From a bacterium (GTDB taxonomy: Bacteria > UBA9089 > CG2-30-40-21 > SBAY01): a stretch of 35,764 nucleotides of DNA. The stretch spans positions 1 to 35,764 of the forward strand of contig JBFLYA010000010.1 in the NCBI GenBank assembly GCA_040757115.1, written 5' to 3'. Under the pieces are notes generated by a model. It did no database searches. It saw only the letters and a program-made list of their open reading frames with translations, and had not been told where the DNA came from. Numbering within the stretch: position 1 is the stretch's first letter; each line of letters opens with the position of its first letter. Positions 34,625-35,764 of the stretch are shown here, piece after piece. The translations under genes were made by a program, and so were the position numbers.

Positions 34625-35496
34625 TAAATAATAATAATTTCTTCTTCCAGTCCAATGCCAAATTTATCAAAGACACTTTTTTTTATCTTTGTAATTAAAT
34701 TTAATATATCCATTGCGGTTGCCGTGCCGTCATTCAGGATAAAATTAGCATGTTTATTGGAAATATAGGCACCGCCTATTCTTAATCCTTTTAATCCTGC
34801 GGCATCAATTAGTTTTCCGGCAAAATTTCCTGGTGGATTTTTAAAGATACAGCCGGCATTTCTATAACCTTGAGGCTGAGTATCTTTTCTTTTTTGCTTA
34901 TAATCTTGCAAAACAGTGATTATGTGCGAGATTTCGGCTTTTTTTAATAAAATTTCTACCTCTAAAATAACATATTTCCTTAAATTGCTATTTCGGTAGG
35001 AAAAACCGCATTCTTTATGAGATAATTTGTTATCGAGTATTTTAACGAAACTAACACAGTCACCAATGGATTTTTCCTGTATTCCTGCATTGCCTATCAC
35101 GGCACCGCCAATAGTTCCCGGGATGCCAACTGCAAATTCTAACCCACTCAATCCTCTTTTACAAGTTAGATTAACTAATTTTGGTAGTTCCACTCCTGCA
35201 CCAGTAATTATCCTGCCGTTGTCAAGCCACCTTATCTTTTTAAATTCATCCACTAATTTAATAACGACCCCGCGAATTCCCTTATCCGTGACTAAAACAT
35301 TTGAACCTCCACCTAAGACAAAAAACGGTGTCTTAAATTGAGCACACAGGCTTACTACCTGTTTTAATTCCCCCTCATTACCAACCTCTACGAATATATC
35401 GGCTAAACCACCGACTTTAAAATGGGTATGGCGGCTCATTGGCTCGTTAAGTTTAACTTTATTTGTTATTTTCTGAAGTTCTAAAACTAAATTCAT
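34624..35496 (-). CDS. murB: UDP-N-acetylenolpyruvoylglucosamine reductase
   Basis: HTHFKVGG, GGGSNVL, GLEFAVGIPGTIGGA, FSYRNS, AGCIFKNP, KHANFI. Confidence 0.97.
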   Translation of the reverse strand: MNLVLELQKITNKVKLNEPMSRHTHFKVGGLADIFVEVGNEGELKQVVSLCAQFKTPFFVLGGGSNVLVTDKGIRGVVIKLVDEFKKIRWLDNGRIITGAGVELPKLVNLTCKRGLSGLEFAVGIPGTIGGAVIGNAGIQEKSIGDCVSFVKILDNKLSHKECGFSYRNSNLRKYVILEVEILLKKAEISHIITVLQDYKQKRKDTQPQGYRNAGCIFKNPPGNFAGKLIDAAGLKGLRIGGAYISNKHANFILNDGTATAMDILNLITKIKKSVFDKFGIGLEEEIIII

Positions 35497-35531
35497 ATTT
35501 AATACTTGCCAATTTGATAAACTTGCAGGTC

Positions 35532-35764
35532 TCTCCTGAAAATCGGGACTCGGGACTCGGGGTTCGGGATTCGGGAAGGCTGGTAGCCGCAGGCTTCAGC
35601 CTGATTTCACCTGAACCATCAAACCATCAAACCCATTTCTCCTGAAAATCGGGACTCGGGACTCGGGGTTCGGGATTCGGGAAGGCTGGTAGCCGCAGGC
35701 TTCAGCCTGATTTCACCTGAACCATCAAACCATCAAACCCATTTCTCCTGAAAATCGGGAGTCG
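35532..35764. repeat. 106-bp tandem repeat (2 copies plus a partial third)
   Basis: TCTCCTGAAAATCGGGA at 35532, 35638 and 35744; the unit is homologous to the reverse of 10655-10719. Confidence 0.9.

Noticed and set aside
35532-35764. CRISPR array
   Set aside because: The whole 106-bp unit is repeated; there are no unique spacers.

Overview
AT-rich bacterial window with three layers. (1) Positions 0.8-15 kb hold a Wzy-dependent polysaccharide locus: priming sugar transferase, GT4, Wza, a kinase-degenerate Wzc-like protein and a Wzy/ligase-like protein, plus a B12-radical SAM, a radical SAM/SPASM, a methyltransferase and an ATP-grasp gene. (2) On the minus strand lies the end of the dcw cluster (murB-ddl-ftsQ // ftsA-ftsZ), followed by a PilT-family ATPase and a DUF4015-like hydrolase. 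An ~11 kb island bounded by ~147-bp direct repeats splits it between ftsQ and ftsA. The island looks like a polymorphic toxin/surface-effector module: a secreted transglutaminase-like protein lacking the catalytic Cys and ending in a caspase-fold His-Cys domain, a PepSY/YcdB-like candidate immunity gene, a frameshifted membrane-protein gene and a 2081-aa CARDB/FN3/NHL protein. (3) Many intergenic spaces contain small nested elements: IS66-type MITEs (two with exact 8-bp target duplications), another TSD-bounded MITE, a CTAG-bounded MITE, an IS1634 remnant, a cassette-like repeat array and 7-mer repeat hairpins. Three different MITE shells each enclose an intact or internally deleted four-helix-bundle or GxxExxY gene with repeat arms. 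All calls come from reading by eye; no searches were run.
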